From an uncultured Deferribacteres bacterium (lineage in GTDB: Bacteria > Zhuqueibacterota > JdFR-76 > DREG01): a stretch of 64,000 bases of DNA. Of this stretch, positions 62,426-64,000 are shown piece after piece. The position numbers were made by a program, and so were the translations under genes. Numbering within the stretch: position 1 is the first letter of the stretch; every line of letters starts with the position of its first letter. The stretch lies in assembly GCA_913009825.1 (NCBI GenBank), contig CAJVYQ010000002.1, positions 82,675 through 146,674 on the forward strand. The letters are read 5' to 3'. The notes beneath the pieces are model-generated. The model did not search any database. It was not told the origin of the DNA and saw nothing but the letters and a program-made list of their open reading frames with translations.

Positions 62426-63629
62426 ATCCCGTTTGTTAACCGAAGGTAGTGATAAATTACGCGTAGCTGCACTCTATTTTCTGTATCTGTTCGCCGCGTT
62501 TCTTTCCATCTCCATTGCCGGTACGCAAATTTCCTACACTTTTTCTCTGCTCTTGTTTCTGGTTTTGCTTGGCAAAAAGAAGATAGATTTTTGGGGCAAT
62601 CGCGCCATAACCCTGCCGGTTTTATCTCTTTTTGTTGTAGCTGTTTTGGCGACCATTTTTTCTCTGTCACCTGCAGACAGTCTGTACAATTTGCGCAAAT
62701 TTTTACTTATCCCAATTGTTTTCCTGATTCCCGGTTTGATTAAAACCAAAAAAGAATTAATTGTTCTTGTTGCTGTATTTTTAGGCACCGCTTTTTTGAT
62801 GGCTTTGTTTGGCACCGGGAAATATCTGTACACAAGCTGGAACAAAGTAATTGCTACCCAATCTACTACAATGACCTGGGGCGCAATGTCCCTGTTTTTC
62901 GTTCTTGGTTGGGCCTCTTTGTTTGCCGTTTTGAAAGATTTTCGTTTTCGTATCATTTCAGTTGCTGCTCTGATCCCTCAAATTGCCGCGCTCATTTTAT
63001 CTTATGTGCGGGGTTCCTATCTGGGCATGCTTGCCGGATTGCTGGTTATCGGTTTCCTGAAACAGAAAAAATTGATGCTGTATCTGTTTATTGTGATCAT
63101 CATTTTGCTCATGTTATTCCCCGGCTCTGTCTGGCAGCGAGTAAAAAGTATCCCCGATTTAAATGTAGGCAGTACCCAGGTGCGGTTAAATCAATGGCGG
63201 GATTCAATCGGTATTTTTAAGGACTATCCGGTCCTGGGTGTCGGTTGGATCGATCTGCATGATGTTCATATTGCCCACGCTCCGCCCGGCGCAGATTTGA
63301 GCCGGCAGGAATTTCAAATCGGCCATTTCCACAATAATTACATTCAGATATTAATGATATTTGGCATTCCGGGACTACTGATTTTTCTCTGGTTATGCTG
63401 GGCGTTGCTGCGTCAGGAATGGAACATTTTCCGGAAAACGGCAAAAGATGATTTTTTGCAGGCGGTTTCCCTGTTTGCTTTTGCCGGCACTGTCGGTTTT
63501 ATGATCAACGGATTTTTCGACTGGACATTCGGCGATGAAGAAGTTGTCATGATTCTGTGGTTTGTCGTTGGCCTGTCTTTGGCGGCGCAAAAAATTTCCG
63601 GTTTGGAAACGACAGAGAAACAGAAATAG
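62418..63629 (+). CDS. O-antigen ligase/Wzy_C family membrane protein
   Basis: Multi-TM, SYVRGSY, R...W, P.LGVG, HFHNNYIQ..G..G. Confidence 0.85.
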   Translation: MDESRLLTEGSDKLRVAALYFLYLFAAFLSISIAGTQISYTFSLLLFLVLLGKKKIDFWGNRAITLPVLSLFVVAVLATIFSLSPADSLYNLRKFLLIPIVFLIPGLIKTKKELIVLVAVFLGTAFLMALFGTGKYLYTSWNKVIATQSTTMTWGAMSLFFVLGWASLFAVLKDFRFRIISVAALIPQIAALILSYVRGSYLGMLAGLLVIGFLKQKKLMLYLFIVIIILLMLFPGSVWQRVKSIPDLNVGSTQVRLNQWRDSIGIFKDYPVLGVGWIDLHDVHIAHAPPGADLSRQEFQIGHFHNNYIQILMIFGIPGLLIFLWLCWALLRQEWNIFRKTAKDDFLQAVSLFAFAGTVGFMINGFFDWTFGDEEVVMILWFVVGLSLAAQKISGLETTEKQK

Positions 63630-63756
63630 ATTCATCATTGCTCTCCTTCTCATAATTCTGTGGAAGGTTGACAGATTGTTTGCTAAATTGATAAAAAGAC
63701 ATTTTATACAGAGATTGTTAAAGAAGTAAATTCTGTAAAAAATCTTTGAGGTCTGT

Positions 63757-63961
63757 ATGAAACTAAAAATAATTCTCCACCATGCTGAAGAAGGTGGTTA
63801 TTGGGCGGTAGGTTCCTGCTATTCCTGGCTGTGCAACGCAGGGCGAAAATTTTGAAGACCTATTGGCGAATTTATATGAGGCGATTGAAGGATGTTTATC
63901 CACCGATATTGATGAGAAAGAAATATCTGAACAGGATAAAGTTTTAGAGATTGCTGTATGA
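63757..63961 (+). pseudogene. HicB family antitoxin with a 1-nt insertion frameshift
   Basis: Removing T63809 gives MKLKIILHHAEEGGYWAEVPAIPGCATQGENFEDLLANLYEAIEGCL...LEIAV*. Confidence 0.85.
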
Positions 63962-64000
63962 AATCAGTCTCGGGAAGACAATTTTGCAGAATATTAGAAA
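63958..64000 (+). CDS. Probable HicA family toxin, N-terminus only (runs off window)
   Basis: MKSVSGRQFCRILE; ATGA overlap with the hicB stop. Confidence 0.6.
   Translation, partial: MKSVSGRQFCRILE

Overview
Bacterial chromosome segment, mostly + strand. Gene content (FlgD/T9SS-type C-terminal domain cargo with a PorV-like barrel, group II GGGP synthase, large SRP RNA) suggests an FCB-related lineage such as KSB1/Calditrichota, which is inference only. The core backbone is gyrB-gyrA, pdxA, ftsEX, hrcA-grpE-dnaJ (no dnaK), rsmD-coaD-pta, obgE, dprA, gltX, icd, tadA-SRP-dnaX-ybaB-recR, pgsA-pgpA-cinA-thpR-recA-recX-alaS and gmhA, plus nine intact tRNA genes. Three accessory pieces stand out. 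(1) An ~18 kb locus (16641-34410) couples a 3189-aa secreted Ig-repeat protein and a PorV-like/TPR protein to a partner-switching module. In it one membrane protein fuses an RsbW-like kinase, a sensor/HAMP region, an RsbU-like phosphatase, transposase-like HTHs and TPRs, and the adjacent STAS protein carries a homologous HTH. No sigma factor gene is nearby. (2) A GIY-YIG nuclease pseudogene lies between tRNA-Ser(TGA) and a duplicate of its 3' half whose anticodon loop and T-loop carry small palindromic insertions. (3) A ~1.9 kb islet at tRNA-Arg(TCG), bounded by 56-bp att repeats, holds an integrase remnant and a three-gene TIGR04255-like/HicB-like/HicA-like operon. Smaller items are an A11 slippage candidate in dnaX, a pilin/PilM/comEA cluster, a MITE-like element with internal REP-like arms, a truncated tRNA-Glu-like copy, an unlisted 54-aa membrane ORF and a frameshifted hicB. 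All family assignments come from motif recognition by eye, not database searches.
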